A stretch of 64,000 nucleotides of DNA from a virus (taxonomy: Duplodnaviria > Caudoviricetes), in IMG/VR virus record IMGVR_UViG_3300050120_000065, positions 1,742-65,741 of that record; one strand, written 5' to 3'. Below, piece by piece: positions 26,090 to 36,364 of this stretch (its first letter is position 1; the number at the start of each line of letters is the position of its first letter). A program made the position numbers and the translations under genes. The notes beneath the pieces are model-generated. The model saw only the letters and a list, made by a program, of their open reading frames with translations. It was not told where the DNA came from and did no database searches.

Positions 26090-27232
26090 ATGAATCCAAG
26101 CAACCAAACCAACTTAGATATACAAGTTCTCCGAGCCGTCGCTGTTTTGATGGTTTTAATTGACCATTGCGAAATGCTGATTTCGTGGAATGGCAGCATT
26201 GTCCGCTACGTCCATATCGTTACTTCGCTGTGGGGCGGTGTTGATATGTTTTTCGCTATCAGCGGGTTCGTTATCACTGGCTTGTTGCTGAGATCGGCGA
26301 AGGAAGCTGAGTTCGTAAAGTTCGCCGCTGCTTTCTGGATGCGCCGAATTTTCCGCATCTGGCCTTCTGCAGTTCTCTGGATTTTGGCGGTCCTCGTAGC
26401 CTCATTGATTGCCAATGCGAGCGGCGCATTCGGCAAGCCTGACGGCGATTTCTTCGATTTGATTGCGGTGTTGATTCAGATGGCCAATCTTCACTGGTAC
26501 CATTGCAATGTAGTCGGGCTCGGGAACTGCGGTATCAATACGGTCTACTGGAGCCTCTCGCTTGAAGAGCAGTTCTATTTCGTCTTCCCGTTCTTGTTCT
26601 TCTTCCTGACCAGAAAAAAGCTTCAAACAGTTCTCGCTATCGTCATAGCCATTCTCTTCTTTCTGCCGCGACCGCCAAACTCATTTTTATGGGAAATTCG
26701 GGTTGACGCTTTGGCCTGGGGCGCGATTATCGCGCTTTGTCTGGATGGGGTAGCCCACAGGATTTTAGAGCCGCGATTCCTTGCAAAGAAGGGTCTGGGA
26801 ATTTTAACCATCCTCATCTTGGCCGGAATAATTGCCTCGCTCGGCACCAATCAAGTCGTATGGTTTCAGGTCGGACCGATCGCCTTTCTTTCTGCCATCG
26901 CCGTTTGGATCGCCAGCTATAACAAGGGTTATGTATGCCACCCTGGCTATTTGCGCACCTGTCTATTGTGGGTAGGGTCGCGCTCGTATGCGATCTATCT
27001 CATTCACCCGTTTGCGTTCCGTGTCATTCGAGAAATATTTTTCAGGCTGTATCCAGGACAAGAATTCAACGACCATTTTTTGCTGCGCTTCGTGGTATTG
27101 GGGGTTGCCCTTACCTTCGCGCTTGCCGAAATCAATTTCCGACTGGTCGAGACTCCTCTGCGTCGCAAGGGCAAGCGGATTGCATCCCGGCTAACGATGT
27201 CACCGAATAGCGCACTCCAGCCGATCCCGTAG
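26090..27232 (+). CDS. acyltransferase-3 (OafA-like) surface polysaccharide O-acyltransferase
   Basis: DIQVLRAVAV, GVDMFFAISGF, RRIFRIWP, WSLSLEEQFY, SYAIYLIH, VETP; lower GC. Confidence 0.92.
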   Translation: MNPSNQTNLDIQVLRAVAVLMVLIDHCEMLISWNGSIVRYVHIVTSLWGGVDMFFAISGFVITGLLLRSAKEAEFVKFAAAFWMRRIFRIWPSAVLWILAVLVASLIANASGAFGKPDGDFFDLIAVLIQMANLHWYHCNVVGLGNCGINTVYWSLSLEEQFYFVFPFLFFFLTRKKLQTVLAIVIAILFFLPRPPNSFLWEIRVDALAWGAIIALCLDGVAHRILEPRFLAKKGLGILTILILAGIIASLGTNQVVWFQVGPIAFLSAIAVWIASYNKGYVCHPGYLRTCLLWVGSRSYAIYLIHPFAFRVIREIFFRLYPGQEFNDHFLLRFVVLGVALTFALAEINFRLVETPLRRKGKRIASRLTMSPNSALQPIP

Positions 27233-27247
27233 CCAATCGGGGCGCGA

Positions 27248-27433
27248 TTAACTCGGTGTCGGCATCCCCGGCTGGGCAATCGGTGGCAGGGAACTATAGA
27301 AAGCTGCGTATCGGGGATCGCTTGTATCAATCTGCCCTTGATTCGGATAGGCCGATGGGTCTTGCGGGCATCCGAAGTAACTCACGACACTCTTTTGGGT
27401 AGAATCGGAAAACTGCACATTGATAGTTGTCAT
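27248..27433 (-). CDS. small tail-fibre-associated protein
   Basis: follows fibre gene; VQFSD...YF.CPQD...D..DPRY. Confidence 0.6.
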   Translation of the reverse strand: MTTINVQFSDSTQKSVVSYFGCPQDPSAYPNQGQIDTSDPRYAAFYSSLPPIAQPGMPTPS

Positions 27434-27441
27434 ATAGGTGC

Positions 27442-28908
27442 CTAGATTTCGTAACCACTGATATTCGCCTCGAACGCCGGCGTCGCGCTGCTGGTGGTCG
27501 ACTGATAGTAGAGGGTTTGAGGTGTCGTCAGTAGCAAGTCATTGTAGTTATTTGACACCCCTCCTGGTGCCGATGAGTTGAAATCGATCCCTTGATTGCC
27601 AACCCCCGCAAGATTTGCGAATAACACAAGGTGGACAGCGTTAGACGTATTGCCGGCGGACGATAGGATCATTGTCCCTGATGCTTTCCGCGCGTTCAGC
27701 GGCACTATTGACGCAATCGAAAGTGCGGTAATCGTCGGCTGCGCAACCGTCATGTTAAGTGCGACTAGAAGGGGGATTGCAATTTTCCGGTCTTCCTGCC
27801 CTCCCGCTACAAACTGACCACTCGAATTCGTCGGCCACACTGAGATAAGCTGCGTCTCGGTCACGCCTGCCGGAGGATTCGCCCCACCATATTGCTCTGA
27901 CACAGCCGCAGACGTAGCATTCTGCAAGAAAGCGCCGGCGCCGACGACCGGCCCCCAGGATGCATAGACAGCAACATACCCGCTCGCAGGCGCAGCGCCC
28001 GCATCCATTTTCCCCGAGCCCGTTCCTGCGGCAGTGCTCACGGTTTGATTGAGGCTCGTCAGCAGCGTCGATATACCATTGAGCGCGGACTTTACGACGA
28101 CCGCATCGGCAGTAAAGGTCAGGCTGGTGCCTGCGGCGACAAGCGATGCTTTCAAGTTGCGCACGCTACCGAAGACGGCTACCTGCCCCAACTGCACCGC
28201 ATGTGCGGGCTGTGTAGCGGGGGCGATTTGGAGAGCGTCGATGTTGACGTTGGTGCCGTCACCGTACAGATTGGCGCCGCCGCCCTGCTGCACAATAATC
28301 CCAGTGCCGGCCGCCGTCTTGCACGTCACTGCAAAATTGCCGGTCGTGTTATTCAGCACCAGCCATTGGTTTTCGCTTGTCGGGAAAATGACCTGTACGT
28401 TGCCGGTCAGCGTGCCGGCGAGCGTGATGATGGGCGCGTTGTATTGGTCTGGCGTTAGCGTTACGTTGGCGTTGGTCAGGCCTGTGACCGGCGTGATGCC
28501 ATACCCGCAGAGAAAGAGCCAGCCCGTGCCAACCGTGTCCGGATTGACCGAGTTGTTATCCGTGGTGTTCAGCCACAGTGACGTGTTATCGGCGCTGAGC
28601 AGAACAGCGCCCTTCGGATAGCCGCCAACGTTCGTATCGGCCGCAAAGGCGGCGTCGAACTGATAGAAACCACCGGCGTTAGCCCACCGAGCGATCGACG
28701 CGAGATCAAACAGAATCCCGTTCATATCCTGTCCAGCCGGAGGAATGCCGCCCGCCGCCGGCAGCGTCATCGTGAGCGCTGGAAATCCCACATCAAACGA
28801 CGCATTGTTAGGCGCCGCAATACCGGCCGTCGTTTCGGGAATCACATTCTTCAGCCCGGACGTTGCAAACGGCAGCGGGATTTTCCCTGGAACTTGCGAC
28901 TGTTGCAT
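27442..28908 (-). CDS. tail fibre protein
   Basis: ASFDVGFP.LT, PP.GQDMNGIL, GGYPKGA N-terminal fibre anchor; position after baseplate. Confidence 0.85.
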   Translation of the reverse strand: MQQSQVPGKIPLPFATSGLKNVIPETTAGIAAPNNASFDVGFPALTMTLPAAGGIPPAGQDMNGILFDLASIARWANAGGFYQFDAAFAADTNVGGYPKGAVLLSADNTSLWLNTTDNNSVNPDTVGTGWLFLCGYGITPVTGLTNANVTLTPDQYNAPIITLAGTLTGNVQVIFPTSENQWLVLNNTTGNFAVTCKTAAGTGIIVQQGGGANLYGDGTNVNIDALQIAPATQPAHAVQLGQVAVFGSVRNLKASLVAAGTSLTFTADAVVVKSALNGISTLLTSLNQTVSTAAGTGSGKMDAGAAPASGYVAVYASWGPVVGAGAFLQNATSAAVSEQYGGANPPAGVTETQLISVWPTNSSGQFVAGGQEDRKIAIPLLVALNMTVAQPTITALSIASIVPLNARKASGTMILSSAGNTSNAVHLVLFANLAGVGNQGIDFNSSAPGGVSNNYNDLLLTTPQTLYYQSTTSSATPAFEANISGYEI

Positions 28909-28925
28909 ATAGTGCTTCCCGTCGG

Positions 28926-29603
28926 CTATGACGCCGCTTGCAATTGAGATTGATTGAAGAAAACGCCATATCCGAAGGGTTGACCGCCGCCTTCGCTAAA
29001 ACCGAATGTCTGGCCTGCTGCGTACGTCATGACGAACGCCTCGACGCCGGCAGGTCGTGGGATCACGTTAGAGGTCAGCATGATTGCGAGCTGGACCGGC
29101 GTGAGCGGAAACTCGAAGACGAAACGCTCGGTCATGTCACCGGTGTCTTGGACGTAACAACGTCCGTCGCCAGCAAATAAGAATTGAAGAATTGCGTTCA
29201 CCGACGGCACCGAGCAATCGGAGATGTTCGACATCGCCTTGACGAGAATCAGCGTTCGATAGGCGTCGTCGGTCAGCGAATACGACGTGGTGGCGGGCGG
29301 TCCAGAATAAAAGGTTCCGCTACCGAACGGCTGAGGCCCGGTGTTGGCAGTTGCCTCGGTGAAAGCCTCGCTAAAGCCGAAATAGATTTCCGGCGTACTG
29401 ATCTGAAGCACTCTCGGCACATTGACTATTTGCCCCCAGATGTCCAGGCCAATTCCTACTGCTGTCGTCACATCCCAAATGTTCGCCAGGAACGTGTTGA
29501 TGTTGACGCTCGGATCGATCCAGTCATTGAAAGCCTGGACGAGCGCGACAATCGTGGGAGAATTGGCGTACTGACTCTCTAGCGTCTCGGCCCAATTTTT
29601 CAT
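28926..29603 (-). CDS. baseplate protein (DUF2612-like)
   Basis: SQYANSP, A.G.GLDIWG.IV, L.DD.YR.LI. Confidence 0.85.
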   Translation of the reverse strand: MKNWAETLESQYANSPTIVALVQAFNDWIDPSVNINTFLANIWDVTTAVGIGLDIWGQIVNVPRVLQISTPEIYFGFSEAFTEATANTGPQPFGSGTFYSGPPATTSYSLTDDAYRTLILVKAMSNISDCSVPSVNAILQFLFAGDGRCYVQDTGDMTERFVFEFPLTPVQLAIMLTSNVIPRPAGVEAFVMTYAAGQTFGFSEGGGQPFGYGVFFNQSQLQAAS

Positions 29604-30829
29604 GGCGCCACCAGCGTGACGGAGATGTTTGATGCGGACAGCGACGGCGCCTGATCAATGCCGTACGCAACGGATGTTGCGGTCACGGAACCCGACGTCG
29701 TGCTCATCAAGATGGAAAGCACATCGCAATTAGGATCGGTCGCTGACACGCCGGCGTAATAACGTCCTGCAAAGATCGTTGACGCAATGCGCGCCCGTGG
29801 GCCGCCATCCTGCCCATTGAATGCCGAGACGATTGCAGCTTGGATCAACGTCACGATATCGGCGGGAAGCGCTGGGTTATCGATAATCTGAACCGCGAAA
29901 TAAGTCGGCACTGCAGTGGGCGTGATCCACGTTATGGTGTACGTGGGCACCGGAAAGGAATAGCCTGACGTATCCGTTACCGCCTGGCTGGTGTTGCCGT
30001 TGTAATTGCAGCCCGGCGGCTTCTTGTTCCATATCGCCGTCGCCACCGGCAGTGCAGCGCCGCCTAGCACCGAAGCCGCGAGCGAGTTCTTCACCAATGG
30101 GTAGTTGGTCGCGCCGAAGTCTACTGTTACGCCTTTGGGGTTATCTATCACAAAGCAATCGAGCACATCGGCCACATTGAGCACGTTTGCATACACCGAC
30201 TGCACCGTATTGACCGCGTTAAGCGCCACCGAGTTTTGGCGGCGAAACTCGAAGTCAGCCCGACTTTCTACCAGCGTTCCTGGCGTACCTGCTGCGGCGT
30301 TGGTGATCGTGTCCCATCCGTCGATCGCGCTATAGATGATGCTGAGCGTGCCCGGAGCGCACGCTATCGGGCCCACCGTTGAATTCTGGAACGCAACCTG
30401 AACATTGCCACTAGCGGGGATGGTCGCGTCTGCCGTCGAGAAATAAATAAAGCCCGCGGTATCTTGGGCGCGCGACCCAGCGGGGATCAATGTTTCGACC
30501 TCACCGACGCACGTTGCGATAACGACGGTTCCCGACGCCGGAATGCGATCGATAAAGTAGATTCGACCGATCGCATCCTGCCATGCACCATCTGCTGTGT
30601 CAGGATTGACGCCGTTCATTACCACGGCAAACTGATCGTTGCTATCCCCGACGATCGCGGTCAGAGACTGCGCTAGTTGTCCCTGTGGAGTGGTCAGACC
30701 GGGGTTGACGCCCCCACCGAAAGCCGCGTTAATGTCGTCCTGTACCCCGACAAGAATCGCGCCCTCCGTGGGCAGAACCGGCCCTGTTGGGTTCCAGACG
30801 ATTGGCGGAACGTTCGTCGTGCTCGTCAT
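29600..30829 (-). CDS. baseplate wedge J-like protein
   Basis: TPQGQLA, P..A.G.WQDAIG.IY, ESRADFE.RR. Confidence 0.88.
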   Translation of the reverse strand: MTSTTNVPPIVWNPTGPVLPTEGAILVGVQDDINAAFGGGVNPGLTTPQGQLAQSLTAIVGDSNDQFAVVMNGVNPDTADGAWQDAIGRIYFIDRIPASGTVVIATCVGEVETLIPAGSRAQDTAGFIYFSTADATIPASGNVQVAFQNSTVGPIACAPGTLSIIYSAIDGWDTITNAAAGTPGTLVESRADFEFRRQNSVALNAVNTVQSVYANVLNVADVLDCFVIDNPKGVTVDFGATNYPLVKNSLAASVLGGAALPVATAIWNKKPPGCNYNGNTSQAVTDTSGYSFPVPTYTITWITPTAVPTYFAVQIIDNPALPADIVTLIQAAIVSAFNGQDGGPRARIASTIFAGRYYAGVSATDPNCDVLSILMSTTSGSVTATSVAYGIDQAPSLSASNISVTLVAP

Positions 30830-30838
30830 CAGATAACC

Positions 30839-31201
30839 CTAGAAAGACACGTCAGAGGCCACGCCGTCTGAGTCAATAATCTGTATTTGCCCGGTCAAGA
30901 GCCGATTCGAAAACCCCGCGAAGACCACGTTCACCTTCTCGACATTCGGGACCGTGAAGGCGGCGTTCGTTATCTGTTTGCGCACGAACGAAAGTGGCGG
31001 ATACTTGCCGAGGATTTGCTGGAAGTACGGAAGACCAATGGTTGTGTCGTACCAGCAGTCGCCTAGGAAGCAGCGGACCGCGCTCGCGACGTCTTGCGCT
31101 ACGCTGTACGGGGCGGCGGCCAGCGCGATATTCCCGTTGATGTCCAAAACCAGATCCCATGCGCCCTGGTCCAAAAGGAGCGTGGTCTGATTAATCGTCA
31201 T
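30839..31201 (-). CDS. baseplate wedge/sheath initiator (gp25/W-like)
   Basis: WDLVLD..GNIA, F.G..WYDT..G.PY. Confidence 0.8.
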   Translation of the reverse strand: MTINQTTLLLDQGAWDLVLDINGNIALAAAPYSVAQDVASAVRCFLGDCWYDTTIGLPYFQQILGKYPPLSFVRKQITNAAFTVPNVEKVNVVFAGFSNRLLTGQIQIIDSDGVASDVSF

Positions 31202-31213
31202 CGCTGCGCCCAT

Positions 31214-31237
31214 AAAAAAGGCCGCCCGTAGGCGGCC
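31214..31237 (-). terminator. intrinsic terminator
   Basis: GGCCGCC stem plus U6. Confidence 0.7.
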
Positions 31238-31261
31238 AACTATCAATAAATCGAGATACCG

Positions 31262-31456
31262 ATGAAAACTGCCCTATTCGCGACCATGCTATTTCTTGGA
31301 TCTGCGTTTTTCTCTCTCGCTCAAGCCGCAGAGACCGATGCCAAGACGATTGTTAACTACATCTTGGCCGCAGCAATAGGCACACTTTTCGTGCTTATCT
31401 TGGTCTTGATCTTGCTGTGCATTGCCAAAGTCATCCGCAAATTTGTCGCTTGGTAA
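31262..31456 (+). CDS. antisense membrane moron
   Basis: signal-like N-terminus plus TM; AT-rich; fills the gap between two late genes. Confidence 0.6.
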   Translation: MKTALFATMLFLGSAFFSLAQAAETDAKTIVNYILAAAIGTLFVLILVLILLCIAKVIRKFVAW

Positions 31457-31462
31457 CCCGGA

Positions 31463-32215
31463 TTAGCCGCCTTTGATCGTGCTCGTGAGTTGCCCGCTGC
31501 CCATGGTTTGAATGGGGGCGCTGGTCGGCGTGCCCGGCGCCTCAGATGTGTGCGTGTGGCCGTTAAAAAACGTCACCATCGCCGACGTCACGAGCTGCAA
31601 TAGTGTCTGCCCAGTAGCGCCTAACGATATAGACGGGGCTGTGACGCTTGCCTCGGTGCCGGCGGTTACGGATACGGCGCCCGTCGTCGTCACGGTTGCC
31701 GTCGGCGCTGTTACATTGACTGCGGTCGGCGACACGACACTAATCCCTTCGGCATTGAACAGGACATATTGGGCCGGGGGGCCGCCGATGACGGTGTACA
31801 GGTAAATCGCATCGCTTAAATTGTGCTTGCGGCGTGACCCGGGGCCGGCGGCACCGCCAGAACCCTTTACGGTCGAAATGTCTCGATCGCAAAAGACCGC
31901 GACGCCAATATCATCTACCTCTGGGTCAAGGATGATCGCGTTTGCGCCACCCTGAATGCGCATGTATGGGACATTGCGTATCACCCCGTGCGGCGTTACG
32001 TTCCCGGATCCATCAATCTGGCCGACGAGAGGCTGAATATCCACGTAGCCGATAGGCGAAACGCCGCCGTCATTGGTTACAGCCATAACCTGAACTGGCA
32101 GCGACGTGCGCACCCCGGACAGCAGCGAACGCACCACGAAATTCTGTTTGTTGACGTCCGATAAATTATCGGTCGACACATGATTCGTCTGATATCCGCT
32201 AGTTGGTGCTGACAT
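31463..32215 (-). CDS. baseplate spike (Gp138/gpV-like)
   Basis: VDIQPLV, GG.NAII.DP..DIG...FCDRDIS, C-terminal HTH (His-Thr-His) iron-binding tip. Confidence 0.88.
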   Translation of the reverse strand: MSAPTSGYQTNHVSTDNLSDVNKQNFVVRSLLSGVRTSLPVQVMAVTNDGGVSPIGYVDIQPLVGQIDGSGNVTPHGVIRNVPYMRIQGGANAIILDPEVDDIGVAVFCDRDISTVKGSGGAAGPGSRRKHNLSDAIYLYTVIGGPPAQYVLFNAEGISVVSPTAVNVTAPTATVTTTGAVSVTAGTEASVTAPSISLGATGQTLLQLVTSAMVTFFNGHTHTSEAPGTPTSAPIQTMGSGQLTSTIKGG

Positions 32216-33077
32216 ATTGCCCGGGCTTCTGGATGAGGTCAGCTGTTGTGAACCACGGTCCATCGGGGCTCATGGTTGAAATCTCGTGGGATACCGCACA
32301 CGAAATCCATGCGCCGTTCGCTTTCGGAATAACACTCGTCAGGTTGATCGTGCGCCCGATCGTGATGTTGGTATTGAAATCTGACTTCACCTTGAAGCCG
32401 ACCTCTGTATAGGTCGGGTAGCCGACAAGCCCGAATCCCGGCCCAATGCTGATTTGCACGTCATCGCGCAAACCGTTGTTCGGCCATATGGCGACGACAC
32501 CATTTTCAATGCAGCACGGAATACTTGCTGCGTACGCAACCATTCGGATCTGGTCAATGATCGATCCGCCCAGATACTGGTTGACGATGGTCGATGTCAC
32601 GCCGTTGTTTTGGAAGCCGAAGCCGATCGATTTCGCCAGCGACTCGATGATGCTGGCGACGCTTGCAGCGCCGCCGTACGAATTCGGCGCTGCCGGCGCG
32701 GCTTTGAAATAAACCCCGGCCTGGGCCACAACGTTGAACGACACTTCTGGCGAGCCCGCGAAGTCGATATACGACGAAAGCATGTTGCCTTGGAATATCT
32801 GAGGAATGGTCGCTCCAGCATTCCCCGCGCAGACCGTTACTCCGTTCTGCTGAAAGCCAACGCCGTTAGTTCCGACCGCGCTCAGCGCATTCATGTCACT
32901 TAGCTTCATGCCAAACACACGCAATTGCAGCGTGCCCGTCATGTTGTCGCCGCCCGGGTTGCTGATGATCGCTTCGCACCGGTGGCCCGACAGCGTGACA
33001 GAGTTATTTTTCCCATCAAGAGTCGCGCCGTTGATTAGCGCGAACTCCAGATTGATAAGCCGCTGGATAAAACTCAT
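32199..33077 (-). CDS. baseplate hub protein
   Basis: IFQG, GLVGYP; position. Confidence 0.8.
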   Translation of the reverse strand: MSFIQRLINLEFALINGATLDGKNNSVTLSGHRCEAIISNPGGDNMTGTLQLRVFGMKLSDMNALSAVGTNGVGFQQNGVTVCAGNAGATIPQIFQGNMLSSYIDFAGSPEVSFNVVAQAGVYFKAAPAAPNSYGGAASVASIIESLAKSIGFGFQNNGVTSTIVNQYLGGSIIDQIRMVAYAASIPCCIENGVVAIWPNNGLRDDVQISIGPGFGLVGYPTYTEVGFKVKSDFNTNITIGRTINLTSVIPKANGAWISCAVSHEISTMSPDGPWFTTADLIQKPGQYVSTN

Positions 33078-33400
33078 AGCGATGGCCCGTAGCACAGGAG
33101 GTAACGACTTCCGAGGCCGGTGTAGTACGGGTCCGTTTGCCCTTGCATATCTTTAAAAAACAGGTCCCCAATAAACGGTAGATACGCCTGCATAACCAGC
33201 GCCACTCGATCGCGGCAAACTTTGGTCGTAATCACAGGCTGGCCATTCGCATAAAGATCAAGATACAGGGCGATGCCCTTCTGATACACATTGATGATGC
33301 AGTTCTGCTGGATGATCTGGCCCGGCGCATACCCCGACAGCACGACGCTTAAAGTCTGCGACGGGACGGGCGATAGCGGAACTATTTGCTGTGACCACAT
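33074..33400 (-). CDS. baseplate plug-like protein
   Basis: VPL.P.PSQ, GDL.F.D..G..DP.Y.GLG.RY.L. Confidence 0.75.
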   Translation of the reverse strand: MWSQQIVPLSPVPSQTLSVVLSGYAPGQIIQQNCIINVYQKGIALYLDLYANGQPVITTKVCRDRVALVMQAYLPFIGDLFFKDMQGQTDPYYTGLGSRYLLCYGPSL

Positions 33401-33418
33401 GCCTCTAATCCTCTATCG

Positions 33419-34330
33419 CTAATTCGTCATCCACACGCCCGTCATTAGATCTTGCGAAAAATCTGCTGGTGGGCGGCCAGTGGCTTGTATGGTTAGGTTA
33501 CGATCGACCGTTCCGTCCGGCGCCAGCACATTTCCAGTGGAAGGGTCTAGTGTGTAGCCGGGCGGCAACACTGTGGGGGCCGGGATCTGCGGCGTGGGTG
33601 GCGTCGAGGCAGATTGCGCGGGAGTCGCGTTCGTCGACGTTACTTGTCCATCGCTTTGCGGTGATGCGCCACTGGGCGATGCTGGCGACGCAACCACGCC
33701 CGATGTCGCTGATGGCGCTGCGCCCTGCGTCGAATTCGGATTCGCCTGGGACGGCGTCGTCTGACTCGGGTTGCTATAGATCGCTGCCGCGCTTTCTCGG
33801 ATCTCTTCAAACCAAGCCTCGACCGACAGCAGCGTCACGCCGCGCCTAGCCTCGCGCCGGTAATCGAAATGCACGAGATTGACGTTTTCGTACAAGAAAT
33901 CCGGCGTGACGAAATTGTATAAATCCGTCGATACCTTCATCGCCTCCAGTGTGGTAATGAACTGGTCTCGTGTCATTGCGCCGTTGCCGCCGCAAGTCAT
34001 GACCGTACGAATATCGAACGGTACGGCGATCTTGTTGTAGCTTGAGAACGAACCCTGCTCAACAGGATAATTGCAGACCTTCGCGTCTCCGCGGTATTCG
34101 AACGACACCACCGAATCCGGAGTGATTACTGGATTTCCGCTCTGGTCGACAATACCCCACGATGGGCCATCCGAATCACCGAGGTCAGACAGGTCATTGC
34201 TCGTATCGCCAGTCAAAATCGAGCTGGTCAAAGGCGACTGAACCACCGAAGCGCTTTGGCCGATCGGCGGCGCCGGCAATTGCGGAACCCCCGGCGCATT
34301 AGGGACATCGGGAAACGGAATCAATGGCAT
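33419..34330 (-). CDS. tube initiator/Dit-like protein
   Basis: YPVEQGSF.SYNK, VTPD..Y; follows tape measure. Confidence 0.75.
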   Translation of the reverse strand: MPLIPFPDVPNAPGVPQLPAPPIGQSASVVQSPLTSSILTGDTSNDLSDLGDSDGPSWGIVDQSGNPVITPDSVVSFEYRGDAKVCNYPVEQGSFSSYNKIAVPFDIRTVMTCGGNGAMTRDQFITTLEAMKVSTDLYNFVTPDFLYENVNLVHFDYRREARRGVTLLSVEAWFEEIRESAAAIYSNPSQTTPSQANPNSTQGAAPSATSGVVASPASPSGASPQSDGQVTSTNATPAQSASTPPTPQIPAPTVLPPGYTLDPSTGNVLAPDGTVDRNLTIQATGRPPADFSQDLMTGVWMTN

Positions 34331-36132
34331 TACGTCTGTCCGTATGTCGCGCTTGCTATCAAGGGGTTCCGCTGGATTCCGGATTGCAGGCTTTGCGCGA
34401 TACCGTTGGCATCTGTCGCTTGCGTGTGCACGTTGATCGACTGGATATTCGTTTGGACGGACGTCGGGCCTGAATTTTGACCGCCGTTCGCCGCCTGGCT
34501 CATGCTGGCGCCAACCATGTTTCTGTACCCTGACTCATGCATGGCCATGGCGCTTTGCACCGAAGCGTACTGATCGCTAGTCAGGTGCTGGCTTGCGCCT
34601 ATGCCTGTCTTTTTCACAACGTCCGCAATGTAGGATGCGGTATCGTTCCCGTCCTTCGCCGGGGCATACTTTTGGATGATGCTGGCAATCGTGTCGATGC
34701 CTTGGCTCTTGTAACCCTGGATTAGCTCGGCGATCGCGGCATAGCCCTGCTGCATCGTGGGGAATATAGCGAACCGGCCGTCTGACCCGGTTGCGCCCAT
34801 GCGCTTGGCAAACGGCCCGTACTCGATATTCCCGGGGTTGTTATTTCGCTGCCCCCGCGACGACCCGGTGCCGCCTGAATCTCCAGAATCGCCAGACTGC
34901 GGACCGATCGACGGCAGTCCTGCAGCTTTGCGGCGCGCAGCCATGCGCTCGTCCTCCCCAGCCCCCGCCTCATCGCTATGAAAAAGTAATGCAATCGGTC
35001 CAAAGAATTTCAGAAGGCCGCCCAGCACTTCGCCACCCATCTCGGCCACGACAGCGGCTTTTTGCGCAAGCGTGGCGCCTTCAGCAACTGCCGCGCCGCC
35101 TGCAGCTGCCGCTCCCGCAGCGCCGGCAGCGCCAACAGCAGCCCCAGCCTCTCCGGCTGCCGCGCCGCCTGCAGCTGCTCCAGCGCCACCCTTCAACGCG
35201 CCGGCCAAGCCGCCGATGCTACTGATCAGCTTTAATGTCCCCAAAAAGCCAGCCAAGGCGATGCCCAGCACCGTCAGGCGACCAAGCCATCCATCGGTAG
35301 CTTTATCAGCCTTTTTGAAATCATCGGCTAAACCATCCAGCAGCTTTAATAGTGCCGTGAGCGCCGGCACAATATCGCCGAAAATCTCGTTACCAACGCC
35401 CTTCAGCTTCTCTTGAAATAGCGCCCATTGCTTTTGCAACTCAGTTGCTTGCCGAATGTTTTCATCGTTGACGCCCGATGCCTCTTCCATTGCGGCGCGC
35501 ATTTTCGCGAGAGCATCTGGGCCCTGAGCCAGCGCAGCGATAAAACTCTGCGAGAATCCAAGCTTGGCGCCGAACAGCGCCTGCTCCTGCGGCTTCATGT
35601 TCGAGAAGCTCTTGGAGATATCCTGCGCGATATCGCTGACGCTGCGTAGATTGCCTTGCGCGTCTTTGATATTGACGTGAAGCCATCCGACCAGCGTCTT
35701 CAGCTTGTCGTCGAACTCGCCGGTCTTCTGCAGCTTCTCAAGCGACTGAGACAGACCGCCCAGTGCGCTATCCGCGTCCGCTGCAGTGCCGCCCATCGCC
35801 TCGACAGTGCCGCGCCACCCCTCCAGCGCGCGGGCAGATAGCCCAGCGAAACTCGCGGTACGTCCAAGCGCAGCATTGCTTGTAACTACCGTCGAGACAA
35901 AATCCTTCAGTCCGCTAAACCCGATCGCGATTGCTACTAGGCCTGCCAATTCGTTCTTGGCTTTCGAGTACGAATCAGCTAATTTCTTCGCGCCCTCGGT
36001 CGTTTCCTTGTTGGCCTTGCTCGCAACCTTCTCGAACGTGCCCAACGAATCAACTGCATCCTTCTGGCCTTTCGTGAAGTCCTTTGTGTCAAGGCCTAAC
36101 GACACGACCAACGCATCAATCACCGTAGCCAT
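34330..36132 (-). CDS. tape measure protein with C-terminal lysozyme-like domain
   Basis: MATVIDALVVSLGLD start; helical; RNNNPGNI...FA.F...G...YAP..HESG. Confidence 0.88.
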   Translation of the reverse strand: MATVIDALVVSLGLDTKDFTKGQKDAVDSLGTFEKVASKANKETTEGAKKLADSYSKAKNELAGLVAIAIGFSGLKDFVSTVVTSNAALGRTASFAGLSARALEGWRGTVEAMGGTAADADSALGGLSQSLEKLQKTGEFDDKLKTLVGWLHVNIKDAQGNLRSVSDIAQDISKSFSNMKPQEQALFGAKLGFSQSFIAALAQGPDALAKMRAAMEEASGVNDENIRQATELQKQWALFQEKLKGVGNEIFGDIVPALTALLKLLDGLADDFKKADKATDGWLGRLTVLGIALAGFLGTLKLISSIGGLAGALKGGAGAAAGGAAAGEAGAAVGAAGAAGAAAAGGAAVAEGATLAQKAAVVAEMGGEVLGGLLKFFGPIALLFHSDEAGAGEDERMAARRKAAGLPSIGPQSGDSGDSGGTGSSRGQRNNNPGNIEYGPFAKRMGATGSDGRFAIFPTMQQGYAAIAELIQGYKSQGIDTIASIIQKYAPAKDGNDTASYIADVVKKTGIGASQHLTSDQYASVQSAMAMHESGYRNMVGASMSQAANGGQNSGPTSVQTNIQSINVHTQATDANGIAQSLQSGIQRNPLIASATYGQT

Positions 36133-36133
36133 A

Positions 36134-36364
36134 TCAATCCTGTTTATTTGCGACGGCGGCGTTATGCAGATCGACGGCGTTTATCTCGAGCAAATTCCAC
36201 ATGTCCTCCAAGCCGTAGATGGTTTGGAGCTCGTGGAGCTTGGCTAGGCGCGAGGAAACGACTGTCGCTACCGTTTTCGGCGGATTTGAATATTCGACGA
36301 GACCGGCTTTTCGTTCGCCGGCGCGGACTCCAAAGTCGATTTCACGCCGGGTAGAGAAAAATTT
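36134..36364 (-). CDS. -1 frameshift extension of tail chaperone (G-T)
   Basis: slippery A AAT TTT at 36364-36358; -1 frame open to TGA36134 (LHELQTIYGLEDMWNLLEI). Confidence 0.75.
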   Translation of the reverse strand, partial: KFFSTRREIDFGVRAGERKAGLVEYSNPPKTVATVVSSRLAKLHELQTIYGLEDMWNLLEINAVDLHNAAVANKQD

